From NCBI RefSeq assembly GCF_009914755.1, contig NC_060928.1: a stretch of 64,000 nt of DNA. One strand, given 5' to 3'. The stretch is from the human T2T-CHM13v2.0 reference genome, Homo sapiens. Position numbers and translations under genes: made by a program. The notes beneath the pieces were generated by a model. That model worked only from the letters and a program-made list of their open reading frames with translations. It made no database searches and was not told the DNA's origin. This document shows, one piece after another, positions 1 to 12,546 of this stretch (position 1 is the first letter of the stretch; the number at the start of each line of letters is the position of its first letter).

Positions 1-1699
1 TTTGGGTACTTTGATATTTTATATATAGTATAAAATATATAGTTTGGGTAGTTTGATACTTTAAGTATAGTATATGATACATATTTTTAGTACTTAGATA
101 TTTTATCTACAGTGTATAATAAATACTATGGGTACTTTGATATATTATGTACAATAGATAATACATGCTTTGGGTACTTTGATATTTTATGTACAGTATA
201 TAATACATACTTTGGGTACTTTGATATTTTATGTACAGTATATAATACATACATTGGGTGCTTTCATATTTCATGTACACTATATAATATATAGTTTGGG
301 TACTTTGGTATATTATGTACTGTATATAATACATACTTTGAGTATTTTGATATTTTATGTACAGTATATAATACATACTTTGGGTACTTTGATATTTTAT
401 GTACAGTATATAATGCATAATTTGGGTACTTCAATAGTTTATGCACAGTATATAATACATACTTTGGGTAATTTGATATTTTATGTACAGTATATAATGC
501 ATACTTTGGGTACTTTGATAGTTTATGTACAGTATACAATACATACTTTGGGTACTTTGATATTTTATGTACAGTATATAATATGTAGTTTGGGTACTTT
601 GATATTTTAACTACAGTATATAATACATACTTTGGGTACTTTGATATTTTATCTACAGTATATAACAGATACTTTGGGTACTTTGATATATTATGTACAG
701 TATATAATACATAGTTTGGTTACTTTGATATTTTTTGTACAGTATGTAAAACATACTTTGGGGAGTTTGATATTTTATGAACAGTATATAATACACATTT
801 TGGGTACTTTGATATTTTATGTACGGTATATAATACATACTTTGGGTACTTTGATATTTTATGTACAGTATATAATTCATACTTTGGGTACTTTGATATT
901 TTATGTACAGTATATAATACATACTTTGGGTACTTTGATATTTTATGTACAGTATATAATACATACTTTGGGTACTTTAATATTTTATGTAGAGTATATA
1001 ATACCTACTTTGGGTACTTTGATATTTTGTGGAAAGTATATAATACATGCTTTGGGTAAGTTGATATTTTATGTACAGTATATAATATATAGTTTGGGTA
1101 TTTTGATATTTTATATACAGTATATAATACATACTTTGCCTACTTTGATATTTTTTGTACAGTATATAAAACATACTTTGGGGAGTTTGATATTTTATGA
1201 ACAGTATATAATACACATTTTGGGTACTTTGATATTTTATGTACAGTATATAATACATACTTTGGGTACTTTGATATTTTACGTACAGTATATAATACAT
1301 ACGTTGGGTACTTTGATATTTTATGTACAGTATATAATACATACATTGGGTACTTCGATATTTTATGTGCAGTACCGTATATATAGTTTGGGTATTTTGA
1401 TATTTTATGTCCAGTATAAAATAAATAGTTTTGTTACTTTGATATTTTATGTACAGGTTATAGTTTGAGTACTTTGATATTTAATGTTCAGTTTATTATA
1501 AATGTTTGGGTGCTTTCATATTTTATATACAGTATATAATACATAGTTTGGGCGCCTTGATGTTTTATGTATAGTATATAATACATACTTTGGGTACTTT
1601 GATGTATTATGTACAGTATATAATACATACTTTGGGTACTTTGATATTTTATGTACAGTATATAATACATACTTTGGGTACTTTGATATTTTATGTACA

Positions 1700-2170
1700 G
1701 TATGTAATACATAATTTGGGTACTTTAATATTTTATGTGTAGTATATAATACATACTTTGGGTACTTTGATATTTTATGTACAGTATATAATACATACAT
1801 TGGGTACTTTCATATTTCATGTACAGTATATAATATATAGTTTGGGTACTTTGGTATATTATGTACTGTATATAATACATACTTTGAGTACTTTGATATT
1901 TTATGTACAGTATATAATACATACTTTGAGTACTTTGATATTTTATGTACAGTATGTAATACATAATTTGGGTACTTTAATATTTTATGTATAGTATATA
2001 ATACATACTTTGGGTACTTTGATATTTTATGTACAGTATATAATATATACATTGGGTACTTTCATATTTCATGTACAGTATATAATATATAGTTTGGGTA
2101 CTTTGGTATATTATGTACTGTATATAATACATACTTTGAGTACTTTGATATTTTATGTACAGTATATAAT
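1700..2170. repeat. Local tandem duplication of a 6-monomer (252-bp) segment
   Basis: ORF starts are at 1758 and 2010. The variant series ATAATTTGGGTACTTTAA / CATTGGGTACTTTCATATTTC / TTGGTATATTATGTACTG / TTTGAGTAC occurs twice, 252 bp apart. Confidence 0.8.
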
Positions 2171-3538
2171 ATATAGTTTGGGTACTTTGATATTTTATAT
2201 ACAATATATAATATGTATTATGTGTACTTTGATATATTATGTACAGTATATAATATATAGTATGGGTTGTTTGATATTATATGTACAGTATATAATATAT
2301 AGTTTGGGTAGTTTGATATTTTTAGTACAGTATGTAATATATAGTTTGTTTTATTTGATATTTTATGTACAGTATACAATATATAGTATTGGTACGTTCA
2401 TATTTCATGTAAAGTATATAGTTTGAGTACTTTGATATTTTATATGCAGTTTATTATAAATGTTTTGGTACTTTCATATTTTATGTACAGTATATAATAC
2501 ATACTTTGGGAACTTTTATTTTATGTGCAGTATATAATACATACTTTGGGTACTTTGATATTTCATGTACAGTATATAATACACACTTTGGGTACTTTGA
2601 TATTTTATGTACAGTATATAATACACACTTTGGGTACTTTGATATTTTATGTACAGTATATAATACATACTTTGGTACTTTTATATTTCATGTACAGTAT
2701 ATAATATATAGTTTGGGTACTTTGATATTTTATGTACAGTATATAATACATAGTTTGGGTATTTTGATATTTTATGTACAGTATATAATACATACTTTGG
2801 GTACTTTGATATTTTATGTACAGTATGTAATATATAGTTTGGGTACTTTGATATTTTATGTGCAGTATATAACACATACTTTCGGTAGTTGGATATTTTA
2901 TGTACAGTATATAATACATACTTTCGGTACTTCGATATTTGATGTACAGTATACTATATATAGATGGGTACTTTGATATTTTATGTCGGGTATAAAATAA
3001 ATAGTTTTGGTACTTAGATATTTTATGTACAGTATATAGTTTGAGTACTTTGATATTTTATGTACAGTTTGTTATAAATGGGTGCTTTCATATTTTATGT
3101 ACAGTATATAATACATACTATGGGCACTTTGATATTTTATGTACAGTATATAATACATACTTTGGGTACTTTGATATTTTATGCACACTACATAATACAT
3201 ACTTTGGGTACTTTGATATTTTATGTACAGTATGTAATACATAATTTGGGTACTTTTATATTTTATGTATAGTATATAATATTTACTTTGGGTACTTTGA
3301 TATTTTATGGACAGTGTATAATACATACTTTGGGTACTTTGATATTTTATGTACAGTATATAACATATAGTGTGGGTAATTTGATATTTTATATACAGTA
3401 TATAATACATAATTTGGGTACTTTGATATTTTATGTACAGTATATAATACATACTTTGGGTACTTTGATATTTCATGCACAGTATACAATATATAGTTTG
3501 AGTACTTTGATATTTTATGTACTGTATAAAATATATAG

Positions 3539-3614
3539 TTTTGGTACTTTGATATTTTATGTACAGTATATAGTTTGAGTACTTTGATATTTTATGTACA
3601 GTTTGTTATAAATG
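3539..3614. repeat. Example of the recurrent 35-bp + 41-bp short-monomer pair (higher-order unit boundary)
   Basis: TTTTGGTACTTTGATATTTTATGTACAGTATATAG (35 bp) is followed by TTTGAGTACTTTGATATTTTATGTACAGTTTGTTATAAATG (41 bp). Variants recur roughly 50 times per 36.5-kb unit and end the + frame ORFs in '...VQYIV*'. Confidence 0.92.
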
Positions 3615-4236
3615 TTTGGGTGCTTTCATATTTTATGTACAGTATATAATACATACTTTGGGCACTTTGATATCTTATGTACAGTATATAATACATACTT
3701 TGGGTTCTCTGATATTTTCTGTACAGTGTATAATACATACTTTGGGTACTTTGATATTTTATGTACAATATATAATACATACGTTGGGAACTTTGATATA
3801 TTATGTACAGTATACAATACATACTTTGGGTACTTTGATATTTTATCTACAGTATACAACACATAGTTTGTATACTTTGATATTTTATGTACAGTATATA
3901 ATACATACTTTGGGTACTTTGATATTTTATGTACAGTACATAATACATACTTTGGGTATTTTCATATTTTATGTACAGTATATAATATATAGTTTGGTTA
4001 CTTTGATATTTTATCTACAGTTTATAATACATACTTTGGATACTTTGAAACTTTATGTACAGTATATAATACGTAATTTGGGTACTTTGATATTTTATGT
4101 ACAGTATACAATATATAGTTTGAGTACTTTAATATTTTATGTGCAGTATAAAATATATAGTTTTGGTACTTTCATATTTTATGTACAGTATATAGTTTGA
4201 GTACTTTGATATTTTATGTACAGTTTTTTATAAATG
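3615..4236. repeat. Example 622-bp (15-monomer) higher-order unit
   Basis: Boundary-to-boundary spacing is 622 = 15x42-8. The same spacing occurs at 7794->8416, 9248->9870, 18464->19086, 22129->22751, 24481->25103, 31745->32367 and 34317->34939. Confidence 0.85.
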
Positions 4237-6186
4237 TTTGGGTGCTTTCATATTTTATGTACAGTATATAATACATACTAAGGGCACTTTGATATTTTAT
4301 GTACAGTATATAATACATACTTTGGGTACTTTGATATTTTATGTACGTCATATAATATATAGTTTGGGTACTTTGATATTTTATGTACAGTATATAATAC
4401 ATACCTTGGGTACTTTGATATTTTATGTACAGTATATAATATATAGTTTGGGTATTTTGATATTTTATGTACAGTATATAATACATACTTTGGGTACTTT
4501 GATATTTTATGTACAGTATATAATACATACTTTGGGAACTTTGATATTTTATGTACAGTATGTAAAACATACTTTGGGTACTTTGATATTTTATGTACAG
4601 GATATAATGCATACTTTGGGTACTTTGATAGTTTATGTACAGTCTATAATACATACTTTGGGTACTTTGATATTTTATGTATAGTATAAAATATATAGTT
4701 TGGGTACTTTGATATTTTATGTACAGTATGTAAAAGATACTTTGGGGAGTTTGATATTTTATGTACAGTATGTAAAACATACTTTGGGGAGTTTGATATT
4801 TTATGAACAGTATATAATACACATTTTGTGTACTTTGATATTTTGTGTACAGTATATAATACATACTTTGGGTACTTTCATATTTTATGTACAGTATATA
4901 TTACATACTTTGGGTACTTTGATATTTTATGTACAGTATACAATATATAGTTTGAGTACTTTGATATTTTATGTACTGTATAAAATATATAGTTTTGGTA
5001 CTTTGATATTTTATGTACAGTATATAGTTTGAGTACTTTGATATTTTATGTACAGTTTGTTATAACTATTTTGGTGCTTTCATATTTTATGTACTGTATA
5101 AAATACATGCTTTGGGCACTTTGATATTTTATGTACAGTATATAATACATACTTTGTGTACTCTGATATTTTATGTACAGTGTATAATACATACTTTGGG
5201 TACTTTGATATTTTATGTACAGTATATAATACATACATTGGGTACTTTGATATATTATGTACAGTATATAATACTTACTTGGGGTACTTTGATATTTTAT
5301 GTACAGTATATAATACATAGTTTGTGTACTTTGATATTTTATGTACAGTATATAATACATACTTTGGATACTTTGATATTTTATGTACAGTATATAATAC
5401 ATACTTTGGGTATCTTGATATTTTATGTACAGTATATAATGCATACTTTGCGTACTTTGATATTTTATGTACAGTATATAATGCATACTTTGGGTACTTT
5501 GATATTTTATGTACAGCATGTAATACATACTTTGGGTACTTTGATATTTTATGTATAGTATATAATACATACTTTGTGTAGTTTGATATTTTATGTACAG
5601 TATACAATATATAGTTTGAGTACTTTGTTATTTTATGTGCAGTATAAAATATATAGTTTTCGTAATTGATATTTTATGTACAGAATATAGTTTGAATACT
5701 TTGATATTTTATGTACACTTTATTATAAATGTTTGGGTACTTTCATATTTTATGTACAGTATATAATACATACTTTGGTCTCTTTGATGTTTTATGTACA
5801 GTATATAATACATACCTTGGGTTCTTTGATATTTTATGTGCAGAATATAATGCATAGTTTTAGGTACTTTTATATTTTATGTACAGTATATAATACATAC
5901 TTTGGGTACTTTGATATTTTATGTACAGTATATAATACATACTTTGGGTACTTTGATATTTTATGTACAGTATATAATACATACTTTGGGTACTTTGATA
6001 TTTTATGTACAGTATATAATACATACATTGGGTACTTCGATATTTTATGTGCAGTACCCTATATATAGTTTGGGTACTTTGATATTTTATGTCCAGTATA
6101 AAATAAATAGTTTTGGTACTTTGATATTTTATGTACAGTATATAGTTTGAGTACTTTGATATTTAATGTTCAGTTTATTATAAATG

Positions 6187-6640
6187 TTTGGGTGCTTTCA
6201 TATTTTATATACAGTATATAATACATACTTTGGGCACTTTGATATTTTCTGTACAGTATATAATACATACTTTGGGTACTTTGATATTTTATATACGGTA
6301 TATAATACATACATTGGGTACTTTGATATTTTATGTACAGTATATAATATATAGTTTGGTTACTTTGATATTTTATATACAGTATATAATATATATTATG
6401 TGTACTTTGATATATTATGTACAGTATATAATATATAGTATGGGTTGTTTGATATTATATGTACAGTATATAATATATAGTTTGGGTAGTTTGATATTTT
6501 TAGTACAGTATGTAATATATAGTTTGTTTTATTTGATATTTTATGTACAGTATACAATATATAGTATTGGTACGTTCATATTTCATGTAAAGTATATAGT
6601 TTGAGTACTTTGATATTTTATATGCAGTTTATTATAAATG
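6187..6640. repeat. Example 454-bp (11-monomer) higher-order unit
   Basis: Spacing is 454 = 11x42-8. Near-identical units start at about 6188, 11541, 17306, 23701, 27009 and 30587, and at their +32,079 copies (the 138-aa pseudo-ORFs ending HVKYIV). Confidence 0.85.
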
Positions 6641-9583
6641 TTTTGGTACTTTCATATTTTATGTACAGTATATAATACATACTTTGGGAACTTTTATTTT
6701 ATGTGCAGTATATAATACATACTTTGGGTACTTTGATATTTCATGTACAGTATATAATACACACTTTGGGTATTTTGATATTTTATGTACAGTATATAAT
6801 ACACACTTTGGGTACTTTGATATTTTATGTACAGTATATAATACATACTTTGGTACTTTTATGTTTCATGTACAGTATATAATATATAGTTTGGGTACTT
6901 TGATATTTTATGTACAGTATATAATACATAGTTTGGGTATTTTGATATTTTATGTACAGTGTATAATACATACTTTGGGTACTTTGATATTTTATGTACA
7001 GTATGTAATATATAGTTTGGGTACTTTGATATTTTATGTGCAGTATATAACACATACTTTCGGTAGTTGGATATTTTATGTACAGTATATAATACATACT
7101 TTCGGTACTTCGATATTTGATGTACAGTATACTATATATAGATGGGTACTTTGATATTTTATGTCGGGTATAAAATAAATAGTTTTGGTACTTAGATATT
7201 TTATGTACAGTATATAGTTTGAGTACTTTGATATTTTATGTACAGTTTGTTATAAATGGGTGCTTTCATATTTTATGTACAGTATATAATACATACTATG
7301 GGCACTTTGATATTTTATGTACAGTATATAATACATACTTTGGGTACTTTGATATTTTATGCACACTACATAATACATACTTTGGGTACTTTGATATTTT
7401 ATGTACAGTATGTAATACATAATTTGGGTACTTTTATATTTTATGTATAGTATATAATACTTACTTTGGGTACTTTGATATTTTATGGACAGTGTATAAT
7501 ACATACTTTGGGTACTTTGATATTTTATGTACAGTATATAACATATAGTGTGGGTAATTTGATATTTTATATACAGTATATAATACATAATTTGGGTACT
7601 TTGATATTTTATGTACAGTATATAATACATACTTTGGGTACTTTGATATTACATGCACAGTATACAATATATAGTTTGAGTACTTTGATATTTTATGTAC
7701 TGTATAAAATATATAGTTTTGGTACTTTGATATTTTATGTACAGTATATAGTTTGAGTACTTTGATATTTTATGTACAGTTTGTTATAAATGTTTGGGTG
7801 CTTTCATATTTTATGTACAGTATATAATACATACTTTGGGCACTTTGATATCTTATGTACAGTATATAATACATACTTTGGGTTCTCTGATATTTTCTGT
7901 ACAGTGTATAATACATACTTTGGGTACTTTGATATTTTATGTACAATATATAATACATACGTTGGGAACTTTGATATATTATGTACAGTATATAATACAT
8001 ACTTTGGGTACTTTGATATTTTATCTACAGTATACAACACATAGTTTGTATACTTTGATATTTTATGTACAGTATATAATACATACTTTGGGTACTTTGA
8101 TATTTTATGTATAGTACATAATACATACTTTGGGTATTTTCATATTTTATGTACAGTATATAATATATAGTTTGGTTACTTTGATATTTTATCTACAGTT
8201 TATAATACATACTTTGGATACTTTGAAACTTTATTTACAGTATATAATACGTAATTTGGGTACTTTGATATTTTATGTACAGTATACAATATATAGTTTG
8301 AGTACTTTAATATTTTATGTGCAGTATAAAATATATAGTTTTGATACTTTCATATTTTATGTACAGTATATAGTTTGAGTACTTTGATATTTTATGTACA
8401 GTTTTTTATAAATGTTTGGGTGCTTTCATATTTTATGTACAGTATATAATACATACTAAGGGCACTTTGATATTTTATGTACAGTATATAATACATACTT
8501 TGGGTACTTTGATATTTTATGTACGTCATATAATATATAGTTTGGGTACTTTGATATTTTATGTACAGTATATAATACATACCTTGGGTACTTTGATATT
8601 TTATGTACAGTATATAATATATAGTTTGGGTATTTTGATATTTTATGTACAGTATATAATACATACTTTGGGTACTTTGATATTTTATGTACAGTATATA
8701 ATACATACTTTGGGAACTTTGATATTTTATGTACAGTATGTAAAACATACTTTGGGTACTTTGATATTTTATGTACAGGATATAATGCATACTTTGGGTA
8801 CTTTGATAGTTTATGTACTGTCTATAATACATACTTTGGTTACTTTGATATTTTATGTATAGTATAAAATATATAGTTTGGGTACTTTCATATTTTATGT
8901 ACAGTATGTAAAAGATACTTTGGGGAGTTTGATATTTTATGTACAGTATGTAAAACATACTTTGGGGAGTTTGATATTTTATGAACAGTATATAATACAC
9001 ATTTTGTGTACTTTGATATTTTGTGTACAGTATATAATACATACTTTGGGTACTTTCATATTTTATGTACAGTATATATTACATACTTTGGGTACTTTGA
9101 TATTTTATGTACAGTATACAATATATAGTTTGGGTACTTTGATATTTTATGTACTGTATAAAATATATAGTTTTGGTACTTTGATATTTTATGTACAGTA
9201 TATAGTTTGAGTACTTTGATATTTTATGTACAGTTTGTTATAAATATTTTGGTGCTTTCATATTTTATGTACTGTATATAATACATGCTTTGGGCACTTT
9301 GATATTTTATGTACAGTATATAATACATACTTTGTGTACTCTGATATTTTATGTACAGTGTATAATACATACTTTGGGTACTTTGATATTTTATGTACAG
9401 TATATAATACATACATTGGGTACTTTGATATATTATGTACAGTATATAATACTTACTTGGGGTACTTTGATATTTTATGTACAGTATATAATACATAGTT
9501 TGTGTACTTTGATATTTTATGTACAGTATATAATACATACTTTGGGTACTTTGATATTTTATGTACAGTATATAATACATACT
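6348..9583. repeat. Second copy of the ~3.2-kb block (offset 4,178)
   Basis: Same markers as 2170-5405, with scattered substitutions between the copies. Confidence 0.9.
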
Positions 9584-10284
9584 TTGGGTACTTTCATATT
9601 TCATGTACAGTTTATAATATATAGTTTGGGTACTTTGGTATATTATGTACTGTATATAATACATTCTTTGGGTACTTTGATATTTTATGTACAGTATATA
9701 ATACATACTTTGGGTACTTTGATATTTTATGTACAGTATAAAATATATACTTTGACTACTTTGATATTTTATGTCCAGTATAGAATATATATTTTTGGTA
9801 CTTTGATATTTTATGTACAGTATATACTTTGAGTACATTGATATTTTATGTACACTTTATTATAAATGTTTGGATACTTTCATATTTTATGTACAGTATA
9901 TAATACATACTTTGGGCACTTTGATATTTTATGTACAGTATACAATACATACTTTGGGTACTTTGATATTTTATGTACAGTATATAATACATAATTTGGG
10001 TACTTTGATATTTTATGTACAGTATATAATGCATACTTTGGGTACTTTGATGTTTTATGTACAGTATATAATACATACTTAGGGTACTTTGACATTTTAT
10101 GTGCAGTACATAATACATACTTTGGATACTTTGTTATTTTAAATACAGTATGTAATACATATTTTGGGTACTTTGATATTTTATGTACAGTATATAATAC
10201 ATACTTTGGTACTTTTATATTTCATGTACAGTATAAAATATATAGTTTGGGTACTTTGATATTTTATGTACAGTATATAATACC

Positions 10285-11379
10285 TACTTTGGGTACTTTG
10301 ATATTTTATGTACAGTATATAATGCATAATTTGGGTACTTCAATAGTTTATGCACAGTATATAATACATACTTTGGGTAATTTGATATTTTATGTACAGT
10401 ATATAATGCATACTTTGGGTACTTTGATAGTTTATGTACAGTATACAATACATACTTTGGGTACTTTGATATTTTATGTACAGTATATAATATGTAGTTT
10501 GGGTACTTTGATATTTTAACTACAGTATATAATACATACTTTGGGTACTTTGATATTTTATCTACAGTATATAATAGATACTTTGGGTACTTTGATATAT
10601 TATGTACAGTATATAATACATAGTTTGGTTACTTTGATATTTTTTGTACAGTATGTAAAACATACTTTGGGGAGTTTGATATTTTATGAACAGTATATAA
10701 TACACATTTTGGGTACTTTGATATTTTATGTACGGTATATAATACATACTTTGGGTACTTTGATATTTTATGTACAGTATATAATTCATACTTTGGGTAC
10801 TTTGATATTTTATGTACAGTATATAATACATACTTTGGGTACTTTGATATTTTATGTACAGTATATAATGTATAATTTGGGTACTTCAATAGTTTATGCA
10901 CAGTATATAATACATACTTTGTGTAATTTGATATTTTATGTACAGTATATAATGCATACTTTGGGTACTTTGATAGTTTATGTACAGTATACAATACATA
11001 CTTTGGGTACTTTGATATTTTATGTACAGTATATAATATGTAGTTTGGGTACTTTGATATTTTAACTACAGTATATAATACATACTTTGGGTACTTTGAT
11101 ATTTTATCTACAGTATATAATAGATACTTTGGGTACTTTGATATATTATGTACAGTATATAATACATAGTTTGGTTACTTTGATATTTTTTGTACAGTAT
11201 GTAAAACATACTTTGGGGAGTTTGCTATTTTATGAACAGTATATAATACACATTTTGGGTACTTTGATATTTTATGTACGGTATATAATACATACTTTGG
11301 GTACTTTGATATTTTATGTACAGTATATAATTCATACTTTGGGTACTTTGATATTTTATGTACAGTATATAATACATAC
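10285..11379. repeat. Tandem duplication of a 13-monomer (546-bp) segment
   Basis: The markers ACTTCAATAGTTTATGCAC, ATTTTAACTACAG and GGGGAGTTTG each occur twice, 546 bp apart (ORFs 10541 and 11087). Confidence 0.9.
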
Positions 11380-12294
11380 ATTGGGTACTTCGATATTTTA
11401 TGTGCAGTACCCTATATATAGTTTGGGTACTTTGATATTTTATGTCCAGTATAAAATAAATAGTTTTGGTACTTTGATATTTTATGTACAGTATATAGTT
11501 TGAGTACTTTGATATTTAATGTTCAGTTTATTATAAATGTTTGGGTGCTTTCATATTTTATATACAGTATATAATACATACTTTGGGCACTTTGATATTT
11601 TCTGTACAGTATATAATACATACTTTGGGTACTTTGATATTTTATGTACGGTATATAATACATACATTGGGTACTTTGATATTTTATGTAAAGTATATAA
11701 TATATAGTTTGGTTACTTTGATATTTTATATACAGTATATAATATATATTATGTGTACTTTGATATATTATGTACAGTATATAATATATAGTATGGGTTG
11801 TTTGATATTTTATGTACAGTATATAATATATAGTTTGGGTAGTTTGATATTTTTAGTACAGTATGTAATATATAGTTTGTTTTATTTGATATTTTATGTA
11901 CAGTATACAATATATAGTATTGGTACTTTGATATTTCATGTAAAGTATATAGTTTGAGTACTTTGATATTTTATATGCAGTTTATTATAAATGTTTGGGT
12001 ACCTTCATATTTTATGTACAGTATATAATACATACTTTGGGAACTTTTATTTTATGTGCAGTATATAATACATACTTTGGGTACTTTGATATTTCATGTA
12101 CAGTATATAATACACACTTTGGGTACTTTGATATTTTATGTACAGTATATAATACACCCTTTGGGTAGTTTGATATTTTATGTACAGTATATAATACATA
12201 CTTTGGGTACTTTGATGTATTATGTACAGTATATAATACATACTTTGGGTACTTTGATATTTTATGTACAGTATATAATACATACTTTGGGTAC

Positions 12295-12546
12295 TTTGAT
12301 ATTTTATGTACAGTATGTAATACATAATTTGGGTACTTTAATATTTTATGTATAGTATATAATACTTACTTTGGGTACTTTGATATTTTATGGACAGTGT
12401 ATAATACATACTTTGGGTTCTTTGATATTTTATGTACAGTATGTAATACATAATTTGGGTACTTTAATATTTTATGTATAGTATATAATACTTACTTTGG
12501 GTACTTTGATATTTTATGGACAGTGTATAATACATACTTTGGGTTC
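12295..12546. repeat. Tandem duplication of a 3-monomer (126-bp) segment
   Basis: ATAATTTGGGTACTTTAA / CTTACTTTGGG...TATGGACAGTG / GGGTTCT occurs twice, 126 bp apart. It is single in the paralogous modules at about 18090 and 31370. Confidence 0.85.

Larger units (their letters stand above)
2170..5405. repeat. ~3.2-kb block duplicated at +4,178 (partner ~6348-9583; third copy ~38427-41662)
   Basis: ORF offsets are 2506->6684, 3041->7219, 3616->7794, 4238->8416 and 5112->9290. Shared rare markers include TAGATGGGTA, GTTATAAATGGGTG, TTTGAAACTTTA and GTACGTCATA. Confidence 0.9.

Noticed and set aside
26-36. TATA-box or -10-like motifs (TATAAAA, TATAAT)
   Set aside because: TATAAT is part of nearly every monomer and TATAAAA is a common variant. 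There is no promoter context or downstream gene.
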